From contig OZ024742.1 of the NCBI GenBank assembly GCA_964016885.1, positions 327,298,001-327,362,000 on the forward strand: a stretch of 64,000 nt of DNA. Reading direction: 5' to 3'. Made by a program: the position numbers and the translations under genes. Within the stretch, counting starts at the first letter, position 1, and the number at the start of each line of letters is the position of its first letter. The notes below the pieces were generated by a model. The model worked only from the letters and a program-made list of their open reading frames with translations, had not been told where the DNA came from and made no database searches. Shown here one piece after another: positions 26,225-39,705 of this stretch. Origin of the DNA: Eledone cirrhosa (Eukaryota).

Positions 26225-27080
26225 CCAGTAACCAAATAAAGGAATGGTATAACAGAGTCAAAGACGGCAGCACATCAGTGGAGAGTGACCAGCGTTCTGG
26301 GAAAATGTCAACAAGGTGCCCTGTTGTTGTTATCTAGAAGGGTTTGACATCGATAAAGAAGGATCATCCTTTTATGGTGCAAGAAATCGGCGACTAAGTT
26401 GGAATCAACAAATATTCCGCACGCGCAATTTTGAAGGAGGATTTGAGCATGCTCAGAGTAGCAGTAATGTGGTTTCCTGTGACAAATTACATCACAAAAA
26501 CGTCTTTTGACGTCTTTGTGATGCAATTGGGCACAGAAGACCAGATCGACAAACCTCACAAAACTGGCAGCTGCATCATTATAATTGTTTCTACTTTTGG
26601 CACAAGGCCAACAATTATACCAGTGCATTACTGGTACTTTATTTTATCGAACCCATAAGGATGAAAGGCAAAGTTAACCTAGGCGAGATTTGAACTCAGA
26701 TCGTAAAGGGCCGTAACTCTATGCTGCAAAGCATGGCGTCCAACTCTCTACCGATACTGCCAATCCATCATTATAATGCCATGGTTTATTCGAGGCAGCT
26801 GATCTAAGTTTTCTTGGCAAAGAAAGGCACTTGCTCATTTTCCAGCCTCACCCCTCTCCAGACACATCTCCTTCAGACTTTTGGTTGTTCCTCAAAATGA
26901 AGCGCCACTATTTGACTGTTTTGATCGCCAGGAAGACATCATGTCTACTACTTTGAGAGAACTGAGAGCCATTCATAAGAAGCAGTCAAACAGTGGAAGT
27001 ATCGCTGAACTACGTGTGTGGGAGCAAAAGGGGATTTATGTCCGCACCCTAACATTGGATACTTTCCTAACAGACTTTGT
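26225..27080 (+). pseudogene. Mariner transposase remnant with nested SINE (26580-26767)
   Basis: QIKEWYNRVKDGSTSVESDQRSG, ILKEDLSM.RV, PSPDTSPSDFWLF (YSPDLAPSD motif); SINE TSD catcattataat. Confidence 0.85.
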
Positions 27081-27896
27081 TTGTATGTATGTATGTATGT
27101 ATGTATGTATGTATGTATGTATGTATGTATGTATTTGTGTGTGTATGTATGTATGTATGTATGTATGTATGTATGTATGTATGTATGTATGTATGTATGT
27201 ATGTATGTATGTATGTATGTATGTATGTATTTGTGTGTGTGTGTGCGCACGTGTGTATGATATATGTTTGTATGTATGTATCTATGCATATGGAATTTGC
27301 TTCGTAAAGGAAGTCTTCATTTGTGACTTCGTCAAATCAGGTGATTGAACAGACCTGAGATCAAAGCTCTTCCTGTCGTGACCACCTGTCTTTTTGAATA
27401 TCAGAAAGTTGGCAGAAGCGTTAGATCGTCTTTTTTTATGAGTACAAATCTTGCTGAGATCCAGGGTCGAGTGGTGAATCAAAAGAATTTTTAGTTTTTT
27501 CTGGCGTTTGTTCTGGCTCTTTGTGTTCTGATTTAAAATCTTGCTCTTGTCTATTTGAGTGGTAAACTTAATCCATCAATCGATTTGACACCACCACTTG
27601 AACATTAGGTGCCTTTGGGGAAGTCCTCTTTCTTGCAAGCATTCAGGCCAGGTCTCTTATTGAAGATACCTTTCCCCATCCCTATAATATTAGTGGTTAT
27701 GAAAACAGTCATGGACACTACCCGTCCTTCCATTAATAAGCAATCCAAATAAAATAACATTGTCCATTATTTCCTGTTAATTCTAAGACAGTAAAGTGTA
27801 ATTCAGGGGAGATTTAGCCTATTATTTCTTTTAACATATGGTGGTTATATGACATTAAAGACAGGTTCGATATTGTTTCCTATTAAGTAGAATTTC

Positions 27897-29619
27897 TCAA
27901 ATATATCCTACAGACATCAAGGATCAGTTATATAGGGATGGAGAGCAGAGCAAGTGTACCTTGTCTTTCTTCAATATATCCTACAGACATCAAGGATCAG
28001 TTATATAGGGATGGAGAGCAGAGCAAGTGTACCTCGTTGTCTTTCTTCAATATATCCTACAGACATCAAGGATCAGTTATATAGGGATGGAGAGCAGAGC
28101 AAGTGTACCTCGTTGTCTTTCTTCAATATATCCTACAGACATCAAGGATCAGTTATATAGGGATGGAGAGCAGAGCAAGTGTACCTTGTCTTTCTTCAAT
28201 ATATCCTACAGACATCAAGAATCAGTTATATAGGGATGGAGAGCAGAGCAAGTGTACCTCGTTGTCTTTCTTCAATATATCCTACAGACATCAAGGATCA
28301 GTTATATAGGGATGGAGAGCAGAGCAAGTGTACCTTGTCTTTCTTCAATATATCCTACAGACATCAAGAATCAGTTATATAGGGATGGAGAGCAGAGCAA
28401 GTGTACCTTGTCTTTCTTCAATATATCCTACAGACATCAAGAATCAGTTATATAGGGATGGAGAGCAGAGCAAGTGTACCTCGTTGTCTTTCTTCAATAT
28501 ATCCTACAGACATCAAGGATCAGTTATATAGGGATGGAGAGCAGAGCAAGTGTACCTCGTTGTCTTTCTTCAATATATCCTACAGACATCAAGGATCAGT
28601 TATATAGGGATGGAGAGCAGAGCAAGTGTACCTCGTTGTCTTTCTTCAATATATCCTACAGACATCAAGGATCAGTTATATAGGGATGGAGAGCAGAGCA
28701 AGTGTACCTCGTTGTCTTTCTTCAATATATCCTACAGACATCAAGGATCAGTTATATAGGGATGGAGAGCAGAGCAAGTGTACCTTGTCTTTCTTCAATA
28801 TATCCTACAGACATCAAGAATCAGTTATATAGGGATGGAGAGCAGAGCAAGTGTACCTCGTTGTCTTTCTTCAATATATCCTACAGACATCAAGGATCAG
28901 TTATATAGAGATGGAGAGCAGAGCAAGTGTACCTTGTCTTTCTTCAATATATCCTACAGACATCAAGAATCAGTTATATAGGGATGGAGAGCAGAGCAAG
29001 TGTACCTCGTTGTCTTTCTTCAATATATCCTACAGACATCAAGAATCAGTTATATAGGGATGGAGAGCAGAGCAAGTGTACCTTGTCTTTCTTCAATATA
29101 TCCTACAGACATCAAGAATCAGTTATATAGGGATGGAGAGCAGAGCAAGTGTACCTCGTTGTCTTTCTTCAATATATCCTACAGACATCAAGGATCAGTT
29201 ATATAGGGATGGAGAGCAGAGCAAGTGTACCTTGTCTTTCTTCAATATATCCTACAGACATCAAGGATCAGTTATATAGGGATGGAGAGCAGAGCAAGTG
29301 TACCTCGTTGTCTTTCTTCAATATATCCTACAGACATCAAGGATCAGTTATATAGGGATGGAGAGCAGAGCAAGTGTACCTTGTCTTTCTTCAATATATC
29401 CTACAGACATCAAGGATCAGTTATATAGGGATGGAGAGCAGAGCAAGTGTACCTCGTTGTCTTTCTTCAATATATCCTACAGACATCAAGGATCACTTAT
29501 ATAGGGATGGAGAGCAGAGCAAGTGTACCTTGTCTTTCTTCAATATATCCTACAGACATCAAGAATCAGTTATATAGGGATGGAGAGCAGAGCAAGTGTA
29601 CCTCGTCTTTCTTCAATAT
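27897..29619. repeat. Tandem satellite, ~23 units of 73/76 bp
   Basis: Unit tcaatatatcctacagacatcaagRatcagttatatagggatggagagcagagcaagtgtacct(cgt)tgtctttct. Confidence 0.98.
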
Positions 29620-29701
29620 TTCACCTTCTGAATGTGGACAACACTACGTGCAACACTCAGACAACGACTAAACAGAGACAACAATAAAGGTTATATTAGA
29701 C

Positions 29702-30350
29702 CAGAGGTTCTCAAAGTGGGCGCTACTGTCCCCCCCCAGGGGTGGGGGTGAGAAGGCCCAGGGGGGCACTGGGGCCTAAGGGGGCGGGGGAGATGATATA
29801 ATAGTCTATTAAATATCAAACGATACATATTATATATAAATATAGTAAAATAAAAAAATATATATATTTATTTACACATAGTATGTATTATATTATTTGA
29901 TATATATAAAAGGTGGCGGATTGGCAGTATCGGTAGAGGGTCGGACGCCATGCTTTTCAGCAAAGAGTTATGGCTCTTTATGGTCTGAGTTCAAATCCTG
30001 CCGAGGTTAACTTTGCCTTTCATCCTTACAGGGTCGATAAAATAAAGTACCAGTCACGCACTGGGGTCGATTTAATCGACTTTCCCCTCCCCCACAATTC
30101 CCGGCCTTGTGCCTATATAAGAAACCTTTATTATTATGGTATTGATAAAATAACCATACAGTTAGTGGGTCAATGCAACTAAAGTACCAGCAATACACTG
30201 GAATAATTGCTGGCCTTGTGCCAAAAGTAGAAACAATTATTTAATATATATAAATTAACGATTTTTTAAATTATATATTATTAATAATTTGCGTGTAGGC
30301 AGGTCTGTCTATAAACATGGTTGGGGGCTCTGAGGGTATTATGTGACCGT
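29702..30350. mobile_element. hAT/Charlie-like MITE copy 2 with nested SINE (29911-30125) and SINE fragment
   Basis: Begins cagaggttctcaaa after tattagac; homologous to 5927-6422. Confidence 0.75.
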
Positions 30351-31327
30351 GGCCGTGTTGCAGCTTATTAAAAGTATATGTGTCTGTAGAATAGTCATCC
30401 ACTTACACATTAGTTCACAAGCTGGATGTTCAGTTGATTGAACAACTGAAAGCTGCTTATTGTTGAAAGTGGATCAATCATTAGACTATAACTTACTCAG
30501 AGATGCTACATAGACGAAAATCACTAGTTATGTTAGTGTTAATATATTCCATAAAGGGAATCAGATGCAGTGTTCAGGAGAGAAGACAACACTGGTGTGG
30601 GCATGTGATGCATATAGACGATGGCTGTCGGGGGAAAAATTGCTAAGAGTGGTCAAGAATTGTACACGTCAGGGTATTTTTGGCCTCACATGGCCGTCCT
30701 ATATTTGGTTCCTTTCATTCGCCACCTGTCAATCAAAATTGTTTCTTAAATCGGAATTACTACTGTAGGAGGTAAGGGGTTGTATGATTGAACTGCTCGC
30801 GCCTGTCGCCACCTTCTCACCTGTAGGCACCCTCACCCGTGTCCATGATTCGCGCAGGCGTGATAGATACTGGCACTTATACACCCACAGCGATCACGTA
30901 CACACCTGCAACTGTATTATATTCGACAATCACAGTAGATATTGAATGTGCAGCGAATACTTTGAAAGAATTAAAAAAAAAATTATATATAATTCTCTCT
31001 TTCTTTTTTCTTGCGGCACGATATTAACGCTGACTTATGTTCCTCTACCTTTCTGTTTTCCTCTATTTGACCGGTAGTAGCACACTATAAGCTTTAGCCT
31101 CGTCACTTGAGGGCGACCGGCAAAGGTGGAAGATGCTGGATGGCGGTCGTCTTCCGGTCTTTGATTTTCAGCCCCATGGATTTTATTTATTGCATTCACT
31201 TATTATATTTCGAATACCCGATGATATCAACGGATTCATACGGAACTCGGTCATTGAAATGATGATAGTATAATAAACCTTTCAAGGATTTACACAAGTC
31301 CAGCCTCCTGTCATTTCATTATTATAT

Positions 31328-31510
31328 CGGTGGCAGTATCGGTAGAGGGTCGGACGCCATGCTTTGCAGCACAGTTACGTCCCTTTACGGACTGAGTTCA
31401 AATCCCGCCGAGGTTAACTTTGCCTTTCATCCTTACGGGGTCGATAAAATAAAGTACCAGTAATGCACTGGGTAATTGCTGGCCTTGTGCCAAAAGTAGA
31501 AACAATTATT
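31328..31510 (+). mobile_element. SINE copy
   Basis: Family match. Confidence 0.9.
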
Positions 31511-33034
31511 ATATATATATTTTCATTTTAGTCAGATGTTTTGTATATATATATATATATATATATATATACAAAACATCTGACTAAAATGAAAATGCAA
31601 TTGATCTCGGTTGAAGTGAAAGGTCATAACTTACTCTCAGGTCTTGAATAATCAACCCTCCACCCCGCTTATTGTACCGGTTTTGTGTTCTTCCACTTGC
31701 AAAATTCGACAACAGCCAGGTTGTTTTTTCTTGCCCTTTACCCGGCCCCAAAGTTCTGGTTACCAGGATTCGGTAGGAGGCTTATTTCTTCCACTTGCCT
31801 CCAGGACCTGTCGACCAGATTACCCAACGAGTAGGCGTTTGGCCTCTGTGGTGGTAAGCTGTCCGGTCCTCGGGGCCAATCGTCCATGTTAATTGCTGTT
31901 GTCCTGTCCGAGGTCACCTTCCATCCGTTGAATGTTGCACTACATGACACTTACAGGTTCGCTATGAGTGTCTTGGCATAGAAACTTCCTGTTATTGGGT
32001 GAAGTGTTATTAAACAAACAGTTTTGTGTTTGACTTGAAAATCTTGTTTTTTCCCTACAGTATTGTTAGTATTTTGAACTTGCAATTTGAGTTCTTGTTT
32101 TCTTAAGTGATACATTCATAATCGTAGGTATACTGCTTGCCTTCGTCAAATCGGAAGGACAGCAGCCTACCTAAGGAAGGGACCCGTGGGGTGGTGTGGC
32201 TGCTGCAACAGGTGTCGCTAACCAGTTTCCATGGCAATACATTTTACATTTTACCTGCAGGATGCAGCTGAAACACCATTCAGACTGGGGTGTAAAACAT
32301 TACGTATATTAAAAAAAAAACATTAACAGATTAATATGTTTAAATATTATTACTGGTCAGTAATCATATATGAACTAAAATCACCAAATAAATTAGCGTG
32401 GTAGAGAAGCTAATTCTATCCACATGATAAAAAAAATTTTTCAAAAAAAATTGAAATGTAAACTTCGTTTAAAACAACACCCTTTTAGGTAATTGCCGAA
32501 AAATTCATTAAAATTGAATAATTGTGTGATTTGTATTATTTAATTTAATTAAAAATTTTTTTTTTGTGGATGAGGTTATTATTACACATATCTATGAGAC
32601 GGATGTTAATGGGTTTCCCCGATAGGGAAAACCACAGGAACGAAGAATTTATAATGGTTTTGAAAGCTATATTAGTTCAAAATACATTTAAAAAAAATCA
32701 TAAAATCACAGAAAAAGCATAAATCGCACCTTCATAGTTTTATATAACCAAACATATCAACTAACTACCCATTACGTTAAAAGAATTTTACTAACACACC
32801 CGTCTCGGAGACGGGAAAATAATAAATATCAACTATCGACAAAAAAAAAAAAAAAAAAACGCGCGAAAATTAGTTAATACAAATTAAGTTAAGTATTGTT
32901 TACTTTTTTGACCCAAACTTGACATTAAACCGTCCAGTTTATATAGAAAGGACATCCAGCCATAGATAAAAACCTGCCAAACAAAGGGTCGGGATGACTC
33001 TTCAGCTATTCCAAAGACATGATCTTAAATGATA

Positions 33035-33223
33035 ATAATTGTTTCTACTTTTGGCACAAAGCCAGCAATTACCCAGTGCATTACTGGTACTTTATTTTAT
33101 CGACCCCGTAAGGATCAAAGGCAAAGTTAACCTCGGCGGGATTTGAACTCAGAATGGCAAGGACCGTCACTCCATACGTCAAAGCATGGTGTCCGGACCT
33201 CTACCGATACTGCCAATCCACCG
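33035..33223 (-). mobile_element. SINE copy
   Basis: Family match; TSD ttaaatgataataat. Confidence 0.9.
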
Positions 33224-34485
33224 CACCATGTTAAATGATAATAATGATATCATCATTACCATTTGACGTCTATTTTCTATACTTGCATAGATTAGACGAA
33301 ACTAGACAGGTCAGGTGACCACATCTTGCTCATACATTTCATTTTTGGTTTGGTTTTCTACAGCAGGGTGCCCTTTCTAATGTCAACCACCTTACATGGT
33401 AGACTGGGTGCTCTTTTTGTGGCACCAGAACTACCGCCTTGCAGGGTGGACTAGGTAATTTTGTCGTGGCACGAATACAACCTTCTTAGAATGGAATGGT
33501 TGCTTTTTTGTTGTAGCACCAGCCTGGTCCAATTACAGGATGGACTGGATGCTTTTGTCATGGCACTGGTACGATCCTCTTACTGGATGGACAGGGTGTT
33601 TTTATTATGTAGAAAGGTGAGAGAGCAAGCATCAAGCTACATGTTGGTTACTATGTGGGAGGTGAGAGCTTCCCACAGTTGGAGAATAGTTGATTAGTCA
33701 TGGGTGAGGTTTTTGACCTTGAAGAGAATTGATAGCACTTGGCGGTATATTCTGGAATGTATCCGGCTCTCCACACATGCATGGGTTGGACAGGACAGAC
33801 AGGTGCACCAGGGATATGGCAGGAGGGGAGGGTACACATCATCATCATCGTTAAATGTTTATTTTCCATGCCCACTTGTGCCAAATGAATTGTCATGCTC
33901 TGAGACTAGACCAGAAAGGAGGATGGTGGCTGTATGCCAGAAGGGAAGACATCCTATCGTGGAAGAAGGAAGCTCTGGATTATGGGGGTGATCTCGAAGC
34001 ATGTGGGTGGTGTCTGGCATATTGTGGAATGTTGCAATGGAAAGGTGATTCATGGATGTGAGTCTGATGGGAGGGAGGAGAGTCATTAGTTGGACAGGGA
34101 AGTTGTATTGGAGTTGATCCAACTTTGCTTTCCAAGCTGGCTTGGGTTGGGTGAGAAAGTAGAGGGGTAGGGTATGACTGGATGGGCTAAATGTATGGGG
34201 GAGAGATTGGAGTAAGGCAGGATATAGGTTGGGCAATTGAAGTGAATCAAATAATGGAATGTGTGGCCGGGGTGGGACTAATGAGGATTTCAGATTGAAA
34301 ATCGGGATTACACTGGCTGACAGGGACCTAGAAAGTTCCACCTCTCTGCTTATTCAGGTTTAAGGTGGGGGAATGTAGGTGAGAGTGTACTGGCTAGTGG
34401 GTGACGTGGAGGAATTTTCTTCTTACATATCACATGTCCACATCCGTTCAGTCTCCTAACCTACACTGCATCTAATACACATACG

Positions 34486-34540
<55 letters not shown>

Positions 34541-34544
34541 ACAC

Positions 34545-34663
<119 letters not shown>

Positions 34664-34908
34664 TGACCATGGAAAATGGACGAAAAAGTATGGTGATGAT
34701 AATGTATATATATATATATGTAGATAAATCTACCAAAATATACGGTAGTGTCCAATCCGTATGAAGAACTCAATGTAATCAAAATATCATGAAAAGAGAT
34801 GTATTCAAAAATTTTTCGATGAAAATCACAGGAAAACAGAGTCAAGATAAATTAATAAAAATAATGAATAAAAACAAAGAAACAGTTCCTTATATTAAAA
34901 AATTCATC

Positions 34909-35036
34909 ATTTTACGATCGTTTCTAGGATATATATGTGTGTGTTGGTATGTATATCATATAGATCTATGTAAAAATTTTACAAACTATCAGAGGGAATA
35001 TACATACCTACACATATATATGCTGTCTTCAGAAAT
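34909..35036 (-). ncRNA. Hammerhead ribozyme with very long stem II, inside palindrome 34847-35200
   Basis: attt-CUGAAGA-[~100-nt hairpin]-GAAA-CGAUCG-UA-aaat. Confidence 0.7.
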
Positions 35037-35577
35037 CAGGTATGTATATTCCCTCTGATAGTTTGTAAAATTTTTACATAGATCTATATGATATACATAC
35101 CAACACACAGATATATATGCTAGAAACGATCGTAAAATGATGAATTTTTTAATATAAGGAACTGTTTCTTTGTTTTTATTCATTGTTTTTATTAATTTAT
35201 ATATATATATATATATATACATTATCATCAACATACTTTTCATCTGCCAAAATCTGGGGAATTTCCCCTTGTGACTCACGCATGTGCTTTTACAAAGTTC
35301 TGCGTCACACGCAAAGTTGGTTACAGAGCAAAATTACCTGTTGATAACGTGATATTCCTTGTTCGATCTTTATGCTGAAAGCTTATAGTTTTAAGCAGAC
35401 AGTATTATCAATTCCATTTGGGTCCAGGTCGGTTTTCATCATTTATTTTGTTTGACCTGTTTAGCTTGATTTGTTTTTTGGCTTAGGTGGTTATTTTACT
35501 AATGGGATAAAAAATTATAAACCGTACGCAGTCCCGCACTCCTTACTTTATTATAGATTAGATACACATTATCATAA

Positions 35578-35621
<44 letters not shown>

Positions 35622-35708
35622 CAACCGGAACTAAAAGCCCTTCCATACATCTCCACACACAACCCCCTCAACAATGAGGACTTTGACACCATCCTGCAGA
35701 ACATCTCT

Positions 35709-36236
35709 GTGTTAAAAAAGGACCATAGAATGAACCAAATCCTTCGAACACACGATATCATAAAGAACAAAAGACAATCTAAGTCAATGAAAAACATCCT
35801 AACACATGCCAAAGTACTGCCAAGCACAACAACGAAACCCACAGTAAAAAAATGCGTTAGACCCAACTGTGGCATATGCATCAACCTAATAGAGGGTTCG
35901 GAATTCTATTTCAAAGAAGGACAACGTTTTATAGTAAAACACAATTTCACATGCGCATCAGAAAATCTAATATATATATTAACTTGCTCAAGTTGTCGAG
36001 AACAATACATAGGCCAGACCAAAATCAGCCTCCGTCAACGCATGACTATCCATAGATCCCAAATTAAAATACGGGAATACAGGAAAATACCACTGAGGGA
36101 ACACATTGATACCTGTGCCACCCAAAATCATCGCAACTTTAGAATCTTTCCCCTCTACAAATTTAAAGGTAATGCCACCCACACCCAGCGCATCAGCAAG
36201 GAATCTCACTTTATTAACAAATACGGACCCCTCTAA
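35709..36236 (+). CDS. Penelope-like (Neptune-type) GIY-YIG endonuclease 3' fragment
   Basis: KKCVRPNCGIC, FTCASENLIYILTCSSC, YIGQTKISLRQRMTIH, RISKESHFI; starts after a (TA)n tract. Confidence 0.88.
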   Translation: MLKKDHRMNQILRTHDIIKNKRQSKSMKNILTHAKVLPSTTTKPTVKKCVRPNCGICINLIEGSEFYFKEGQRFIVKHNFTCASENLIYILTCSSCREQYIGQTKISLRQRMTIHRSQIKIREYRKIPLREHIDTCATQNHRNFRIFPLYKFKGNATHTQRISKESHFINKYGPL

Positions 36237-36620
36237 ATACTTCTCCCTAAGACGAACCCACAACATACAGACGTCAACATACATACCTACATCAGTATAC
36301 ATCCTACATACATCTCTATCCACATATAAACACAATGACATACGTAAACACACATGTTCTATGGTGCAACACAAATATACACAAATTTGCATACCTTTTG
36401 ATGTCTATAGATATAAACGTGCTGAAACACACACATACATATACGCACACATGCATTGCACACTGATGGGCACATACATATTTGTACACAAGTATTCCAA
36501 TACGGCAGGGCCTAATGGATCCCCCTTGCAGTACGTACAATCTGGACACTCACACACACCTTGGTGTTATGACAATACTATATATCATTTCACACCTTTT
36601 ATTATTAATGTTTTTGATGT

Positions 36621-36750
36621 TAATAATAATAATAATAATAATGAAATTATTGTGTACAGTGCTCAGGTGCACTACAACTCATCAAAGGTGCATGTATAGT
36701 ACATAGAATCATGTACAAATGTCAGGAAAATGAACAGTGTATGAGTCATG

Positions 36751-36825
<75 letters not shown>

Positions 36826-38199
36826 AATACTGTGTACAGTGCCCTGGTGCACCACAACTCATCAAAAAGTGCATGTACAGTACATAGGGCAATGCACAAA
36901 CATCAGGAAAATGAACAGTGCACGAGTCATGACACACACATGTGTGCATGTGTATGGCGGGGGAACATTAGATGTAGTTTTGGCGTATTTCGGGAAGCAT
37001 GAGTGTCTTAAAGGATGCAGTGTCTCGGCAGCTAACAACTGACGCAGGCAGCTTGTTCCATGCTTCAGCAACTCTGAGCGTGAAAAAATGTCTACGAAAG
37101 TCATGGGAGCTGTGCTGTTTTCTGATTTTGTAGGCATGTCCACGTGTGTTAGACACATGGAGATCAAAAAGGTGCTCAGGGTTACAATTGGCGACATGGT
37201 TAACAACTTTGTGTGTATTTACCAAGTCCATTGCCAGACGTCGGAGCTTCAATGAATCCATGCCCAGGGAAGCAAGGCGTTCAGAGTATGGTAGGTGTCT
37301 GATGGAGGGTATGCGCTTGGTTGCACGTCTCTGAACAGTTTCCAGGAGGTCAATGTTCCGAGCAAGATAGGGGTTCCAGACTGATGATGCGAATTCCAAG
37401 TGTGGTCGTACCTTAGCTGTATACAGTATAAATAGATGGCTGGAGAGCAGCTAACAAAGGTCTTGCTGAGTGATGCCAAGACACCCTCGGCCTTCTTGAC
37501 AATCTTAGAGACATGCTTTGTCCAACGCAAATCGCTGCTGACAGTAATTCCCAGGTCACGTTCACAAGAGGACTTCTTGATATCAGTGTTGTGGAGGGAG
37601 TATGTGGACGCTGGATTTTTCCTTCCAAAATGCATGGTGGTACACTTGTCGACAGCCAGCTTCAGTTGCCAGTCTGTGATCCATTGCTGCATTGTGTCCA
37701 GGTCTGATTGTAGGAAAGAGTTGTAGATTTCAGGATCAGTCCTTTTGATTTCAAGGTACAGCTTGATGTCATCTGCATATTTCAGTACCGTGGCATTCTG
37801 TAAGTTGGCATCTATGTCATTAATATATGCCACAAACAAAAGGGGACCAAGAACAGATCCCTGTGGTACACCAGATGACATCTCATATGGTGAAGAATGC
37901 TGTCCTAGAACCGTGACTACTTCTTTTCGGCTGAGAATGAAGGATTTCAACCAGTCGAAAAGATCATCCTTCACACCCATTGCAGAGAGTTTTGCCATAA
38001 GTCTTTTGTGTGGCACAGAATTAAAAGCCTTAGCAAAGTCAAGGTAAACAACATCCACCCATGAGCCGCTGTCAGTGATCCGGGTGATGCCTTCAAGGAA
38101 CTCGATAAGCTGATCACAGCAGCTGGAGTTAGGGATAAATCCAAACTGTGAGGGCCGGATGAGGCTGTGAGAGCTCCAGAAGTTCCAAAGTGTTTCTCT
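36621..38199 (-). mobile_element. CR1-clade LINE, 5'-truncated and frameshifted, with a tandem second 3'UTR
   Basis: VYLDFAKAF, SGVPQGSVLGP, YADD, TRGH, FFTLRVAEAWNKLP; (TAA)n tails at 36621 and 36755; nearly identical to 60982-62380. Confidence 0.95.
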
Positions 38200-38356
38200 T
38201 GAGAGAATCGTTTTTGCTGAAAATATCGAATAATGTACACCATTTTTACCAGTATCACACACATACTGGTCCCCCCCCCCACACACATACACACATATAC
38301 ACACACACATATATATACACACACACATACACACGCGTACACTAACATACAAAAAG

Positions 38357-38390
<34 letters not shown>

Positions 38391-38664
38391 TTCTCCGTAT
38401 AAGACAAGAGCTGAAATATATCTTTCAACATGTTAAAATATCCCCCACACACGTACAGACACATTCCTACTGACCGATCCCTCTACCACGAATTACTCTG
38501 CAACACACACACATTTGTCTTAATATGCTCCTGAACCTTTCAACATGACTGCAATTCACACACACATCCCTACTGACCATTATCACAACAATGAACCTCT
38601 TTACTACACACACACACACACACACACACACATATTTGTCTTAAAAGACTTATTTTTCAGTGAC

Positions 38665-38810
38665 TTCTCAATCAGGCGAAAAAGGACGCTCTTCGACAAA
38701 CCTACATTTGGCGCAAAATCAATTTTTAACATTCACGTGACTTCTCCCGACCAATCAAAATTGTTTTGACCACAAGAATTTTTGCAACACGAATTGGCGC
38801 GAAACTTATT
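38665..38810. promoter_or_regulatory. Candidate cell-cycle-type promoter
   Basis: E2F sites TTTGGCGC (38707) and TTGGCGCGAAA (38794), E-box TCACGTGA (38733), CCAAT (38751). Confidence 0.55.
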
Positions 38811-39705
38811 TTAATACCTCTGAATAATGTCTATTGAAGTATTAAAATGATAATGTGTATACACGTGTGTTTATATACAAATACATATGCATAAACAGAC
38901 ACACATATACAAATGTGTGTGTGTGATATGCATAAACACTCACACATCTATCAATATATCATTACACACGTGTATGTATATATGTCACTTATTAGCTGTA
39001 ACTAAGGTTTAAAAACTGTCCTTTGTTAAGAGTACAAAACCAAAAGTTGGCATTTTTGCCCATTTTATTGTATTTTATTTTAGTCTTTTTCACTTCCCTA
39101 AAATTCCTGCATTAACAAATATAGTTCGTACTCTGAACTACCCCATATGTGTGTGGGATTGTAAGATTATAAGGGTATATATGTTTAAGTTCCCCTGCTA
39201 CTCTCCTTATAAACAATGATCTAGCATGAACTTTTCTGTCTTATAGCTGACATCAGAACTGAATGACATTTTTTTACTCAAAGATTGTTTAAAACCTTCA
39301 AATATTCTACTAATTATAGTTGACACGTAGCATGAGCTGGTTCTGGGGTGTGTGTCCTCTCTGTTATACCTTATTGTGTGTATATACCCTCCCTCTGTTA
39401 CTCCTTATTAGACAGAGAGAATTGTGTATGTATGTCCTCTCTTTCTGAACATACATACATATAAACTGAGAGTCATATTGTACACATAGACATGTCTCTC
39501 TGTATGTATCTATTCTTTTACAAAGAGTGTAGGGTCATAGCTGGGTTTTCACTGGATTCATTAAATGTTTATGTGTAAGGAAGAGTGTACATACCTAAGT
39601 ATATACACACAAATATATATGTATTATACAAAAAAAGACAGGATATGTGTGGTTAAAAATATGAAAAATATGCTTATATTTCTAAAGTATTATATAAATT
39701 AAAAA

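Noticed and set aside
27897-29619. CRISPR array or tRNA gene array (units are 73-76 nt)
   Set aside because: No unique spacers, no cas genes, eukaryotic context; no cloverleaf or TTC B-box in the unit
27954-29671. Series of 67-69 aa ORFs
   Set aside because: Artefacts of a repeat whose unit length is not a multiple of three
33700-34420. GC-richer stretch with a 160-aa minus-strand ORF
   Set aside because: Low-complexity Pro/Leu/Ser composition, likely decayed LINE sequence; no assignable domain
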